64,000 nucleotides of DNA from Phyllosticta citribraziliensis (taxonomy: Eukaryota): positions 1,054,001 through 1,118,000 of the forward strand of contig NW_027117341.1 of assembly GCF_038025025.1 (NCBI RefSeq), written 5' to 3'. The notes beneath the pieces were generated by a model. It was not told the DNA's origin. It did no database searches and saw only the letters and a program-made list of their open reading frames with translations. Made by a program: the position numbers and the translations under genes. Position 1 is the stretch's first letter. Each line of letters starts with the position of its first letter. Shown in pieces: positions 1 through 12,338 of this stretch.

Positions 1-490
1 GCTTCAAAACCTGGTCGAGGCGCCATTCCTGGTTGTAGTAGGGTGGGCGACGGAGGAACAGCTCCGGGGAGAGCCACCAATCAGCAATGTAAATGGTCTC
101 CTTGGCCCGCTCCAAGGCAACACTGACGGCCCAAAAGTAGTCGCGACCGTCGACATACCACTTGATCAGATTGTTGTCTCTTTCCGGGGCGAAGCTGTCA
201 AAGCGGTGGCCCTCGGCAATCTTGGAGCGCTTTGCGTCGGTGCGCTGCTCGTGCTCCTCGTCGTGGCGGTGGTTGGGGTTGACGAGGTTGTTCAATTTGC
301 CAATTTTGTTCTTGAGGTGAGTCGCCTGGACCTTGACATCGTAGAGGTGGGTGTTTTTGAGCTTCTCGCGCAGGCCGGGGAAGGGATGCATTAGGTGGCC
401 CTTGAAGCCGTGGGGTTGGTGGGATTCTTTGTCGTGCTCGGCGGCATGCTCGCTGGCTTCGGGCTGCTGGGCGGGGCCGGTGAAAGACAT
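1..490 (-). CDS. Phospholipase D, 5' part (runs off the left edge of the window)
   Basis: Minus-strand translation from ATG 490: MSFTGPAQQ...HRFDSFAPERDNNLIKWYVDGRDYFWAVSVALERAKETIYIADWWLSPELFLRRPP...WRLDQVLK. This matches the eukaryotic PLD region preceding the first HKD motif. Not in the supplied ORF track because it has no stop in the window. Confidence 0.92.
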   Translation of the reverse strand, partial: MSFTGPAQQPEASEHAAEHDKESHQPHGFKGHLMHPFPGLREKLKNTHLYDVKVQATHLKNKIGKLNNLVNPNHRHDEEHEQRTDAKRSKIAEGHRFDSFAPERDNNLIKWYVDGRDYFWAVSVALERAKETIYIADWWLSPELFLRRPPYYNQEWRLDQVLK

Positions 491-963
491 GGCGCGCGGC
501 GTGAGCAGGAGGGGAGAGAACGAGCGGATGGGAGGGAGGAGAGGAGGGAGTGGAGGGCAGGGCAGGGCGGAGGGCGAGGGATGGTGGGGAGTGGAGGAGC
601 GGTGGTGGTCGGAGCGGCGGGAGGATTTAAGTACAAGGAACAGGAAAGCTGTGTACAGCCGTGCCGTCAATCAACACAAGTCAGGTTAGGTTAGGTTAGG
701 TTGACTTCAGTTGGGTTGGCCGACTGGAAACAGGCTGCGGTGCGGACGGTGGTGGGGAGGGGTGCTGTGAGTGGTGGGTGCCGGTGGTGGGTGGTGACTG
801 GTGCGGGACCTGGGCTGGCAGGATCCCTGTGCCGTTCCTGCCTCGTCCCGACATGCAACGACTGCCTGCGGGGCCTCAGCTTGCTGCGCCGATCCGGCAA
901 CCCACCGCGAACCCTCTGACGTCAACCAGCAATGCATTAACTCTACCGTACCGTACCCTATCC

Positions 964-3424
964 TCAACTGAAGTGGTCGCAATGGTCTCCTTCGCCCATC
1001 TTCTTGCCAGCCCGTCCGCTCCTCAGCTTCCATCGCCGTCGCCGTTCCTTCTCCTCAGCCTCGCGCTCCAGTCGCCTCGTCTTCTTGCGCTCGTACACGG
1101 CCCGCACCGCTCGTCGCGTCTGTTCCTTGCCCTCGTCGAAGTTGGCCCGCGCCAGTTCCACCACCTTCTCAATGTCCTCCGGCGTATACACAAAGTTCCA
1201 CGTTGACATGAAGTCCGAACTTCTTGGATCCACGCCCTCGACCGTGGGGTTCCCCAGAAACGGAAAGTAAACCACCGTAATGCCCGCGTCCGGCCTCATC
1301 AGCTCCCAATCGTCCTCGACTTGCTTCGACACAGACTGCTCCCCCTCGTCCGACACTCGCTGCTCGCTGGTCCCCACCCAAACGTTGCAGTATCCCAGGT
1401 CGTAGCTTGGTCGCTCCTTGCCCATCCGATTCTGGTGCCGCTGTTGCTCTTCCTGCTCCTCCTGCGCCTCGGCCACCTTCTCCGCGGCAGCCTCTTTGCT
1501 CTCCGCCTGCGCAGAGTCCAAATCCCGCTGAATCTGCGCCTCTGATGATTCGGACGGTGGCCACCCCGCTCCGACCGGCCACCCAATGATTCCTCTCTGC
1601 TTGGTATACCCCTCTGCCACCTTGAGCCAATTGTCCGTCCTGACATCTGCCGATGCATCAAACGCAATGACCATGTCCACATCACGACCGGGCCGGAGCA
1701 GTGGATATATCGGCAGGTTGTTGCTCATACCCGCATCCATGAGCTGCAGATTCGACGTCGTAAACATGCTCTCTGGACACGTCGGGGGCAGTGATCCCTG
1801 CAAGCCGAGTGCGTAGTTGGGAATGACGGCAGGGTCTATGGGATGCGTTCTGGCCAGATCCTGATCCCTCTCTGCAATCATCTCGTCGATGCCCCCGAAA
1901 CCAGTCAGTCCGCGCAAAATTGGCCGAATTTCCTTGTAGTAGTGCGAAAGCGTTGCGCAGAATGCGCTTCCCCAGATGCCGAGCATCAATGGAATGCGCA
2001 GCTCAGGGAGAGCGAGTCCGTTGTCGCGCCACAGCCCTTTGCCCCCATAGAATTGACGTCCGACCGCCCAAGTCGGGATTCCAGCACCAAGCTCTTCGCT
2101 CCACATTTCGTACGGCGTGAATCTATGCCGGTCAGCACAATCCCAGGACCCTGGCGCCATTGGCCGAAATTGGAACTCACTCAAACCACTGAAACCACGC
2201 CTCCTTTTTCGAACCATCCGAGTTCTGCTCATCTGGTGGTATCTCATGCCGCACCGCCGTGTATATTGGCAACGGAAACACTCCATTGTCTACAAATCGT
2301 CGCTGGTTCGAGATCTTCATGTCGGTATAGTCGATTCCAAGCTCACCCTTGGGTACCATGAGACGAGCCGCAAGGAGCAGGCCGTAGATGTCCACAATCC
2401 CAAAGTCAGCCCCTGGCACACCCTTGTATTTCTCCACCATTCCACTGAGTAAGTATTTGTTGGTCGGAGCGCTGTTGATCATGGCCAATGCCGGCGGCGG
2501 ATAGCATATGTGAATACCCAGCCTGTTCTTCAAATGATTGATGAGGCGCTGGTGACTTTGCCCGGTGATGGAAGAATAGTAAAGCGCCTGAAGCCAACAA
2601 CTCCCGCTGACACCGGCGGTGTAAGTAACGCAGTCGAAAAGACCGGCCTCGCTGGCTGAAAGATACGATGAAGACGTAGCGACGAGAGCCCGGAGGCCGC
2701 CTCCAGAGCCACACATGGCAATTGTGGGCACGTCATCCGGGTGGATTTCGTTTTCGTCCAGGTCCAAGTATCGCGCCAGGGCTTGCCGCAGGTAAAGTTT
2801 GCGCTTCTGAAGAAAGCGCCGCTCCTCCTCGCACAGTTCGTTGGAGATGCGAACGCGAGCATCCCACACGATTTCTGGATTGATTTCTGGATCATGTGCT
2901 TCGTGCCAGATTTCTTCTGCCAGAGAGCCAGGGGCCATAGAGAGCTCATTCTGTAGCTTGGTGATGAATGCAGGCAGAGTTCTGACCCAATCTGGGACGA
3001 GCAGCCCCGACACCGTCTCTGGCAGCGACGAAATCGCGACTACGACGCCATCCCACACAGACTCCCGCCTCACATCAGTCTCCTTGTCATCGCCGACCGC
3101 GACCCTTGCTTGTGACGGCGGAGGTTGTTGCCCAGGCTTGCCTTCATCCTTGCCGTACTGGAATTCTTTCCCACGATGTATAACCTTCGGACGATCAGCC
3201 ACTTCGGTGGTCTTATGAGACAGATCTTCCGTGTTCTGTGAGCTCGATTCGGTGCGCAGGAGGAGTCGTCGAGCCGGCGAGAAGTCGTGGGAAGCTTGCT
3301 CGGAACAGGCGTACAGCGCAAGACCCCCGGTGCAAGTCGCGAGTGCCAATGCGCCGGCGCCGCGCCGCAGAGAGAGGACACTCAGCCTGTGGCGAAGAGG
3401 AGTCCGAAGGAGACTCCTAGCCAT
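964..3424 (-). CDS. Cytosolic phospholipase A2 / lysophospholipase catalytic-domain protein (2 exons)
   Basis: Motifs GSGGGLRA, catalytic GVSGS, WFEFTPYE and LMDAG. Intron 2123-2180 (GTGAGT...GCTGAC...TAG on the minus strand) joins the two ORF-track pieces in frame. Confidence 0.92.
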
Positions 3425-4216
3425 TGGTCAGCTTTGAGTCGCAGCGAGGCAAGCAAAAGCAATTGTACCATGCAGAGCCGCGGCGACAAAGTTGGAGGCA
3501 GCGCAGCATCACGATAGCTGGGGGACGCGACAGTCTTGGCTTAGCTCATGGCCAGGGAAGGTCGTGGAAACGGAACACCAGCAGCAGGGTTCTGGCTCTG
3601 GTGCTTGTCCTGTTTCGAAACTGCAGTATTAGCCTGCAGGCGGGGGCGGGACACGGGCGAGCAGAGCAGAACAGCACAACGAGCGACCGAGGTTGGTTTG
3701 TTGTTGAAGGACGTTGGACACTCGGCAAGGTGTTTAGGTACAGGTAGGCAGGCCGGTTCGGGTTGAGCCAGGTTCCTTGGTCCCACGGGCAGGCCAGAGC
3801 AGCCCTCATGTCACGGTGACGGCACTGAGCTCAACCGGCCACCCACCCACTCTGTCATTCCTGGAACGAGGATCCGGCGCGCACTACTGGAGCTTCCCAG
3901 CAGCCAACCCAACACCTCAGCTCAGCCTTCCGGAAGCACGCGCCTGCCCGCTTGTCTCCATCTCCACTTCTTCACCTGCTTATTCGCGCCCGCGCCCATC
4001 CATTTCCCGGCCGAGCTCTGCTCGTGAGGAGACCAACTTCTGCCCCGACACCTGGCCATCGAACAAAGCGATCCCCCGTTCACGTCCCTCTCTCCCGCTG
4101 CCGACTCCTGCTCCTGCCGCGCCCAAACACTCATGCCCTGTCCTCGCAAACGCCGTCCCTCGTCGAAACCCTGTCCGACATCCACTCGGCTGCGACCGTC
4201 GACCTGAGCAGCCATC

Positions 4217-6265
4217 ATGGTCGCGCCACGCAAGATGGCGCTCGCCGAAGAGAGCGCCGAGGTCGAGGTCTTGTTTGCCAACATGGAGAAGTTGAAGAGC
4301 TTGACCAAGAAGATCCAAGGCTCACTCAACCGCCTGGAGACGAGCGGAAAGAGCGTCGAGGACGCTATCCGACCAATCTATGGCAACACCCAGCGCCTGC
4401 AGACCACCAACAACAGTGCGGCCCTCAAAATGGCCCATCTACGGGAACAGACCATGCTGACAGTCGCGCAGACATCGACAAGGTCGTCGAGGCAATAGAC
4501 CGCATCCGGCAGCCTCTCGATCAAAGGAGTCGAGAAGAACGTGTCATCAACGCTGGGTATGTCCTACTTGCGACTCCAAAATCCATGCCTCCTCACTGAC
4601 ACCACCTAGGCCCAAGAAAGTTGGTCTCGCAGACTTCATTGCTTCCCTCGACCGGACAACGCAAGCACTCGGCGAACTTAAACAATCCAACCTTCGCTCC
4701 AACCAGCAGGCCATTGCCGAACTCAACTCCCTACTCAAGCGGGGAACAAAGCAGCTGGAGGATGTCTTCCGGGAAATTCTGCGCGAAGACGCGCGGATGG
4801 TGGAACCTTTGCACTACATCACAAAACGTAAGGTTGAAAGGCACTGGCAGCCGCAAAGTGTATTAACCTGTAGGCAGAGCTTCCCTTTCCAGCCATTCCG
4901 GAGGACAAAGTCTCTCAGCTGCGCACCATAAACTCACATGTCGCTGCTTCTGTTGCTCAAATATCTCAGACCGACCTCCGCGACACCCCCACAGCAAAAA
5001 TTTATGCCGAAGTCCGTGGAGAATACATGACCAACACGTTGAGAAATCTGTCGGCTGCGTGCGTTTCTACGGCAAAGAAGACGACGGCGGACGCTCTTTA
5101 CCGACAGGGCACCAACGGAATCGGAACATACTGCGCGGGGATCGAGGGGATAATGACAGCAGAGTACAACAACATCTGTCACATCTTCGCCCGCGAGGAT
5201 TGGGCCCGAGTATACACAGCAACCTGCCAGACTACGCTCAACGAGTTCGCCAAGACTTTGCGAGAGTTGAACACCCACGTCAAGAACAACCTTCTCACCG
5301 ATTGCTTCCTTGCATACGAGATCATCGATGTTGTTTCAAATCTTTCATTGCGCTTGGAAAAGCACACAGGAGAGCTGAAGCGCGCAGTCGCCGATGCTCT
5401 GAAGCCAATACGCGAGACGGCCAAGTCTTCCCTTCGCTCTCTCCTTGAAGATGTGCGCAACAAGGTGCAATCTTTGGTTGCTGTGCCCATCGACGGAAGC
5501 GCTACAAATGCAACGGCCGAGATGATGGCGCGATTGCAGCAAATGACAAACTACCTGACGCCTCTGGCGTCTGTTTTGATCTCGCTCGGAGACGGCGGGT
5601 GGTCCAATGGGTCAACGGCAGCGTCGACTTCGTCGCACAAGTCTTTCGATGTCGGCGCCGACGGACGACAGCTCTTTGCCAACTATGCAATCGAGATGAT
5701 CGACACCCACCTGAAGGAATTGGACGCCAAGGCGCGCGTGCTGCACAAGAGCAAGTCTCTGCAGGGCGTCTTCATTGCGAACAATGTTGCAATCATTGAC
5801 AGGATGATACGCTCTTCCGAGTTGGCGGGGCTAATGGGAAGCGCGCAGAAGCTCGTCGAAGGATGGAGAAAGAAGGGCACGCAAGCCTACCTGGATGCTT
5901 GGAAAGAACCTTCGGCCTACTTGCTCGACGTGCAGTACACGAATCGCGGCGGGCGGCCTCCATCGGGAGGAGCACACTCGGTGGACTCTGCCAGCGTCAT
6001 CAAGAACCTGAGCTCCAAGGACCGCGACAGCCTCAAGGAGAAGTGGAAGAACTTCAACGTTGCCTTTGACGAGCTGATTGCCAAACACAAGGGCTACGGG
6101 ATGGAGAAGGAGGTCAAGACGCAGCTCGCACGCGAGGTGCAGACTATGATTGAGCCCCTGTATGGACGATTCTGGGACCGGTACCACGAGATTGACAAGG
6201 GAAAGGGCAAGTATGTCAAATACGACAAGGCGCAGCTTGGGACAACTCTGTCGAGCTTGGCGTGA
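4217..6265 (+). CDS. EXO70: Exocyst complex component Exo70 (4 exons)
   Basis: N-terminus [26 protein letters not shown]-terminal [16 protein letters not shown] and KYVKYDK. Three short GT-AG introns, the first at 4416-4471. Confidence 0.93.
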
Positions 6266-7193
6266 GTAAGTTGGTGAGATGGCGGAGCGAAGCAATGTCG
6301 TGGGCGATATACCCTTGGAATCTGGGGGGCGGCTAGGGCGCGGGCACAGGGCGTACGGGCGAATGACTGGTACCTATGTGTATTTTAATGTTTAGAAGAC
6401 GGAGGGGCTGTATGTGCAAAGGATCTCAGCACCAAGACACCAGACGGAATGGAATGCGTGGCATCCAGGGAGAACAAGGACGGAACTTGGGTGGTTGTCG
6501 ACACGTGATGTGAGCGTCGTCGTGGCACAGCACCGTGGCACCGCACCGTGGACTGGACTGGACGACCTTCCCCTGCGCCTACCGTACCGCTGCCGCACGA
6601 CAGCCCTGCTTCTGCCTCCCTTTCGGCGGGAAGCTCCCTCCCGAAAAAGCAGCACTACCTCACCTCTCTCCACCACACCTGCACACGTTTCTCTCCGTCC
6701 CTCTCCCACATCATCCCCTCTGTTGCTCGACCAATTCGGCGCGCCGCACCCCGGAAGCTCATCAATCGCTCAGAACGCTCGACCCCGTTGCGCACCCGGT
6801 CCGGCGCCAAGACCAATCCAGTTAATCCCTGCGTAACGGACCCCTTTCCACCAGCAATCAGACTTTCGTCGACAACACCTGCCTCAGCATCACCTGCCCA
6901 CTGCAGCAGCGGCCGAGGACTCCTGTCGAAGCCCCATTCTCCCTCGCCGTCTTCTGCCATCGCCGACGCCTACTCTTCTGCATCTCTAGACTGACTGGTG
7001 AGTCCTGCAACCTGTGCCTGCCCGACCCGCTAGCACCACCACGCCCCCGAGGCCATCTCCGCCCGACCTCCCCCGCTGCCTTCTCACCACCTCCTCGCTC
7101 CTCGTCTCCACCCTCTTCGCTCGCTGACCACTTTGTCGCCTACAGTAGTCTCTCGTTTCCATTGCCAAAGCCAACGCTTACTTCTCCTTCGCC

Positions 7194-8948
7194 ATGGGTG
7201 AGTTCTCCCCAGTCGGGCCATGTGTCCGCGTCCCGTCCTCAGCCATCTCTTTCCGCCGAACCAGCCATCGGCCCGCACGCTTGATGGCAGCCGTCGTTCG
7301 ACTCCAAAACGTCGCCGCCCGCGCTCGACACTTGTCGCCAATGGCCGGCAGGCACGCGGGCTCAGCGATGGCTCCCATCTCAAAGTCATGCCGACACGCA
7401 GCTAATCTAGAGTTTCGCAGCCTCCAACGCCACCCCTGCCCCTGCGGCGGCTCCTCCTACAAAAGCGCCTCCCGTCCCCAACGGCAAGATCGCAACTCCC
7501 GATGGAAACGTCAAGAGCAGCAACATGATGCCCAATGGCCCTCAAGGATCCTCTCCGCAGACCGTGTCGTCCAAGGACCCCAAGGCCGCCGCGGCGGCTG
7601 CATCCGACTTGAGGAACATTGTGAGGAGGAAGCTCACCGGCTACGTCGGTTTTGCCAACCTGCCCAACCAATGGCACCGCAAGTCTGTTCGCAAGGGCTT
7701 CAACTTCAATGTGATGGTCGTTGGTACGTGGCCAATCTCCGGCGACAAGGGTTCGCGCACGTGTGGCTGTGGAATTGACGAATAGTAACTAGGCGAGTCT
7801 GGACTGGGAAAGTCGACCCTGGTCAACACTCTTTTCAACACCTCTCTTTACCCACCCAAGGAGCGCAAGGCCCCTTCTCTTGACATCATCCCCAAGACGG
7901 TCGCCGTCCAGTCCATCAGCGCCGACATCGAGGAGAATGGTGTCAGACTTCGTCTCACCGTCGTCGACACTCCTGGCTTTGGCGACTTCGTTAACAACGA
8001 CGACTCCTGGCGCCCAATCGTTGAAAACATCGAGCAGCGCTTTGACGCGTACCTCGATGCAGAGAACAAGGTCAACCGCATGAACATTGTTGACAATCGC
8101 ATCCACGCTTGCGTCTATTTCATCCAGCCTACGGGTCATTCCTTGAAGCCTCTGGACGTGGAGGTCATGCGCCGCCTCCACACCAAGGTCAATCTTATTC
8201 CCGTCATTGCTAAGGCTGACACCCTGACCGACGAGGAAATCGCCTCATTCAAGCAGAGAGTGAGTACGATTCCGAACTGGCGAACTGTCCAAAGCTAACG
8301 CGCATTTTCCAGATTCTGGCAGATATCCTCCACCACGGAATCCAGATTTTCGAGGGCCCGCGGTACGAGATGGATGACGAGGAGACGATCGCCGAGAACA
8401 ACGAGATCCTTTCCAAGGTTCCTTTTGCCGTCGTCGGAGCCAACACAGACGTGACTACGTCGGATGGACGCAAGGTTCGGGGTCGTCGCTATCCCTGGGG
8501 CATCATCGAAGTCGACAACGAGGAGCACTGCGATTTCGTCAAGCTCCGTCAAATGCTGATCCGCACGCACATGGAGGAGCTCAAGGAACACACCAACAAT
8601 TCGTTGTACGAGAACTACCGCTCCGACAAGCTCATCTCCATGGGTGTCTCGCAAGACCCGAGCGTCTTCAAGGAGGTCAATCCGGCGGTCAAGCAAGAAG
8701 AAGAGCGCACGCTCCACGAGCAGAAGCTGCAGAAGATGGAGCAGGAAATGAAGATGGTATTCCAGCAGAAGGTCGCCGAGAAGGAGAGCAAGCTCAGACA
8801 GAGCGAAGAGGAGCTGTATGCTCGACACCGAGAGATGAAGGAGCAGCTCGAGAAGCAGCGACAAGACCTCGAAGAGAAGAAGGCGAGAATCGAGAGTGGC
8901 AGGCCGCTCGAAGAAAAGGGCAAGAGAAAGGGTTTCTCGCTGCGCTAA
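7194..8948 (+). CDS. CDC3: Septin, Cdc3/AspB group
   Basis: [17 protein letters not shown]1 [20 protein letters not shown], septin-unique GRRYPWG and a C-terminal coiled coil. The first coding exon is ATGG (7194-7197), followed by intron 7198-7420 and two further introns. Confidence 0.95.
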
Positions 8949-10226
8949 GCAACGTCGCCGCCGTCATTGCAAGCGTCCCAGCGAGGAGACAAGCCTTGAG
9001 CCCGCACTTTGCCCACACGACAGGACCAAAAGCCTTTCCTTTACCACTTTCGATGAACGCTCCTTAGACCCTTTTTCCGACTTGCGGCATTCTAGGGCAA
9101 CCTTAGGGACACAGCTAATAAAAGAGACAACGACGGCGATGCAAGTTGGGGTGTTTGTGCGTGTGTCGGGGGTGGTTCTGCTTGGACTGGGTTCTCGATT
9201 TCACTTTGTCTTGTTCTTGTTTCCATGCCTAAGCCGTTGCGGTCCTTTCACCCCTTTCCTTGCCTTTCAATTCGACCCTTCTCCTTTCTTCCAGGTCACT
9301 TATCCCTTCTTTTTGTTTTCTCTCTCTGTCTGCGTTTTTTTCCATAATCGTGCTTGATTGATACCTCCAGCATTGCAGTCTCCTTAGGTTGACAGCTATT
9401 TACACAGGTAGATCGCATTGTGGAGGGTAGCAGGTGGCAGGGGCTACACAGATTGCTTCTTTGCCATGTATTCTATACCGACACATCCGTAATCGAATTT
9501 AATCTCCTTGTCGTAGCTGCAGAGTGTAGTGTGTATGTGTGAGGCCAGTGCCGTTGAGCCAAGTGGCGTGACACCGTGACCATGGCATGCCATGCCTCTC
9601 TTCCAGCCCAGATAGGAAGTAGTTTTTTGAGAGAGGATGTGGTGGGTTGGTACCGGTACGGTAGGTTGTCGACGGGGCACGTGACATGGTGGAAGACTCC
9701 CCGTCAGGTTTGTTGTTGTTGGCTGCGGGAGGTCAGCGAGGGGGGAAGTGCTGGGATGACTATTTCGTCACTGCCCGAAGCGCCGCGGGTTGGCCTCTGC
9801 CCTGATCTGGCGGCCTCGGCCTCTGCATCCACCCGCCCACGGCACCCACCCACGTCAGGCAGCCTTCCCTCCAGCTCCCACAGCACCTTGCCTTGTCCAT
9901 CCTCGACCTGGGAGCCTAGGCGTCTAGCTACCACCAACTTACCTGACCCTGCTCTTCCAGCCAACACCTCGACATCCATCACCTTCTACCGACTCCTAGA
10001 CCCTTTACTGTAAGTCTCCTGTCACCCATGCCCCTTGCACTCTCGCCAAGCCAAGCCAGTCGCTCGCACAGTTGGAAAACGCTGGCCCGACCTATTCCAC
10101 CTCGCACGGCACGCGTCAAGTCGGACGGGACGTGGAGAGCACCATTGCCCGCATCGCTTGCAATCTTGACACCGTGTCCGACCAGCTAGCTGACAACAAC
10201 AGCACCACACTCGACACGGTTGCGCC

Positions 10227-11178
10227 ATGGCCCCACCACCGACCGCGGCGATGCCTCTGCAACAGAGGTTGATTGAGCTGGCCAAGACGCTGCAGTTTGC
10301 CTGGTTTGCCGGCCATCTGACGCTCCTCTTTGCGACCCTCCGTTACGGTCTCTCCTACATCAGCTTCAACTACGCGTCCCGTTCGGCTCGGATTTCGTAC
10401 CGCCTGGCTTTCCTCGCGGCTGCAGCCACGTATGGCATCGTTGTATACAAGGCTTACCGCGCACGCGTGCGCGCTGGCAAGCCCAACGGGCTCCTTGGCC
10501 TGATAGCCGACGAGAATGTCCAGTATCTGCGTATGTGGTCCCCTCACGCGCCCAATGCCTAGCCAGAGTCAAGAACGAGTCTTGCTTTGACACCTCTTCT
10601 GCTTTCATTCCGTTGCTGACTTGAAAACTGCAGTCATGGCTGTCGCGTGGCTCTCGAACACGTTCCAAGTACCTCTTGCGATGCTTCCATTCGCCGTCTA
10701 CTCCATCTTCCACGTTCTCACCTACACACGGACGGCCCTTCTGCCAGTGTTGCAGCCGCCGCCCGCTTCCGAGTCGTCCTCCCCTACCAGCCGCCCTCCC
10801 CAGTCTCCTCTTTCCAACACCATTGGCAAGTTCGTCAAGGAGTACTACGATGCTTCCATGTCGCTGGTTGCTCTCCTCGAGATCACGCTGTGGTTCCGCA
10901 TTGCCATCTCCGCGCTCCTGTTCCAGAAGGGCTCGTGGCTCTTGCTTCTGTTTTACACCGTCTTCTTCCGCGCCCGTGTTGCGCAGAGTGCATTCGTACA
11001 AGGTGCCATTGCGCAGCTGACGGCTCGTATCGATGCTCTGGCGCAGAACCAGAGTGCTCCTCCCCAACTTCGGCAGATTTGGGAGAGCGTGAAGAAGGCC
11101 GCCAAGCAGGCTTCGGACGCGACAAGCCCGGCACGCTTTGGCGGCGCCAGTCAACAGGGTCCCAAAAAGGCCCAGTGA
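10227..11178 (+). CDS. POM33: Pom33/TMEM33-family ER and nuclear pore membrane protein
   Basis: LAKTLQFAWFAGH, TYGIVVYK, DENVQYL and LPFAVYSIFHVLTYTR. Intron 10531-10633. Confidence 0.88.
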
Positions 11179-12307
11179 GGCTGCGGATCGAACGTTGCGC
11201 GTCTGTGTCCTTCCGCTTTGGCCACACCAAGTTCCAATTCTCTAGCCCGGTGCAATATCCTCTTCTTGATTGTCATGATGAGCAAGCAAGCGTCAGCTTC
11301 TTTTCGGCACCAGTCATCAACTACAAGTTCATGATTTTCATTGCAGGAGTGCATGAGGTATGTGGAGATGGATTCGAAAAGCAGGAAGACCGCACGGAGA
11401 TGCAGGTCAGCCGGCACATTGCATGTGCCTTGGACGGCGAAGAGGACAAAAAGAAACGCCGATTGAGGAAGGGGCGGAGCAGCCTATCGTCGGACGTGCG
11501 GAGAGGTCTCGGTTCATTGGATGCTGGTGGGCGAGTGATGCACACGGACGTGTACATGACGAAGCTCATGCGGGCTTGATGCGACATGGTTGTTTCCTAT
11601 GGAAGTTCATTGTTCGGGCGAGGAGGGGTCTATATGGACTAGTGCTTCACTGCATGTGCTGTAGTGGTCAGTTCTTCTCCTTAGTTCTCATTTTCCTTGT
11701 CTTGCTCAAAAAGCTATTGCGTATGGGGCAGTCGGATGATCAAGGTTCAGTATGTTTGCGTGACTTGTTTTGGGTTTGCATCTGCTGTGCTGGTGCAGGC
11801 CTGTAGTAATGTCATTTCGTTGGTGCGGAGTCTTCTGCCGTCGGGGAATGGTAGTGACTTGTGAATCTGCATCGGACTGCGTCTCAGTGGGACGACTTAC
11901 AGATGTTGGCGGCAAGACTATACTGCGTGCTTACCCCTCAATTGTCTTGGAATGCACGCGTGAGGCAGAAGCCTTAGTCTCCAATGGTTCATCAGCTATT
12001 GAAGCTCCCAAAAACACGCCATAGTGCCCGCCATTGCATTACCTGGTCTGCAATCGCCGCCACAAGCTGTAGGCATAGCATCCTTCCTCATGGCTCAACA
12101 TTCTCCCAGCGGCCCCCTTGGACGCACGTGTCGGTACCAACGGGGAAAAAACAGCAACTATTCACGGAGCAAACGGCCAACGAGCGTCGTCTAGACTGTC
12201 ATCTCAACCAAGTCGAGACGCAGCAGATCAACCTTCCAAGAAAGACGGACGCTTGGCACCCGACGACGTGTGGCAGGAGGCAAGCAAGCAAGCAAGCGAA
12301 AAAAGCG

Positions 12308-12335
<28 letters not shown>
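12308..12335. repeat. (AC)14 microsatellite
   Basis: Directly visible. Confidence 0.95.

Positions 12336-12338
<3 letters not shown>

Noticed and set aside
683..702. (AGGTT)4, resembling the TTAGG telomeric repeat
   Set aside because: Only four copies, interstitial, and not the usual fungal TTAGGG. It is an ordinary microsatellite.
2177..2286. Apparent frameshift between the two PLA2 ORFs
   Set aside because: Explained by the canonical 58-nt intron at 2123-2180.
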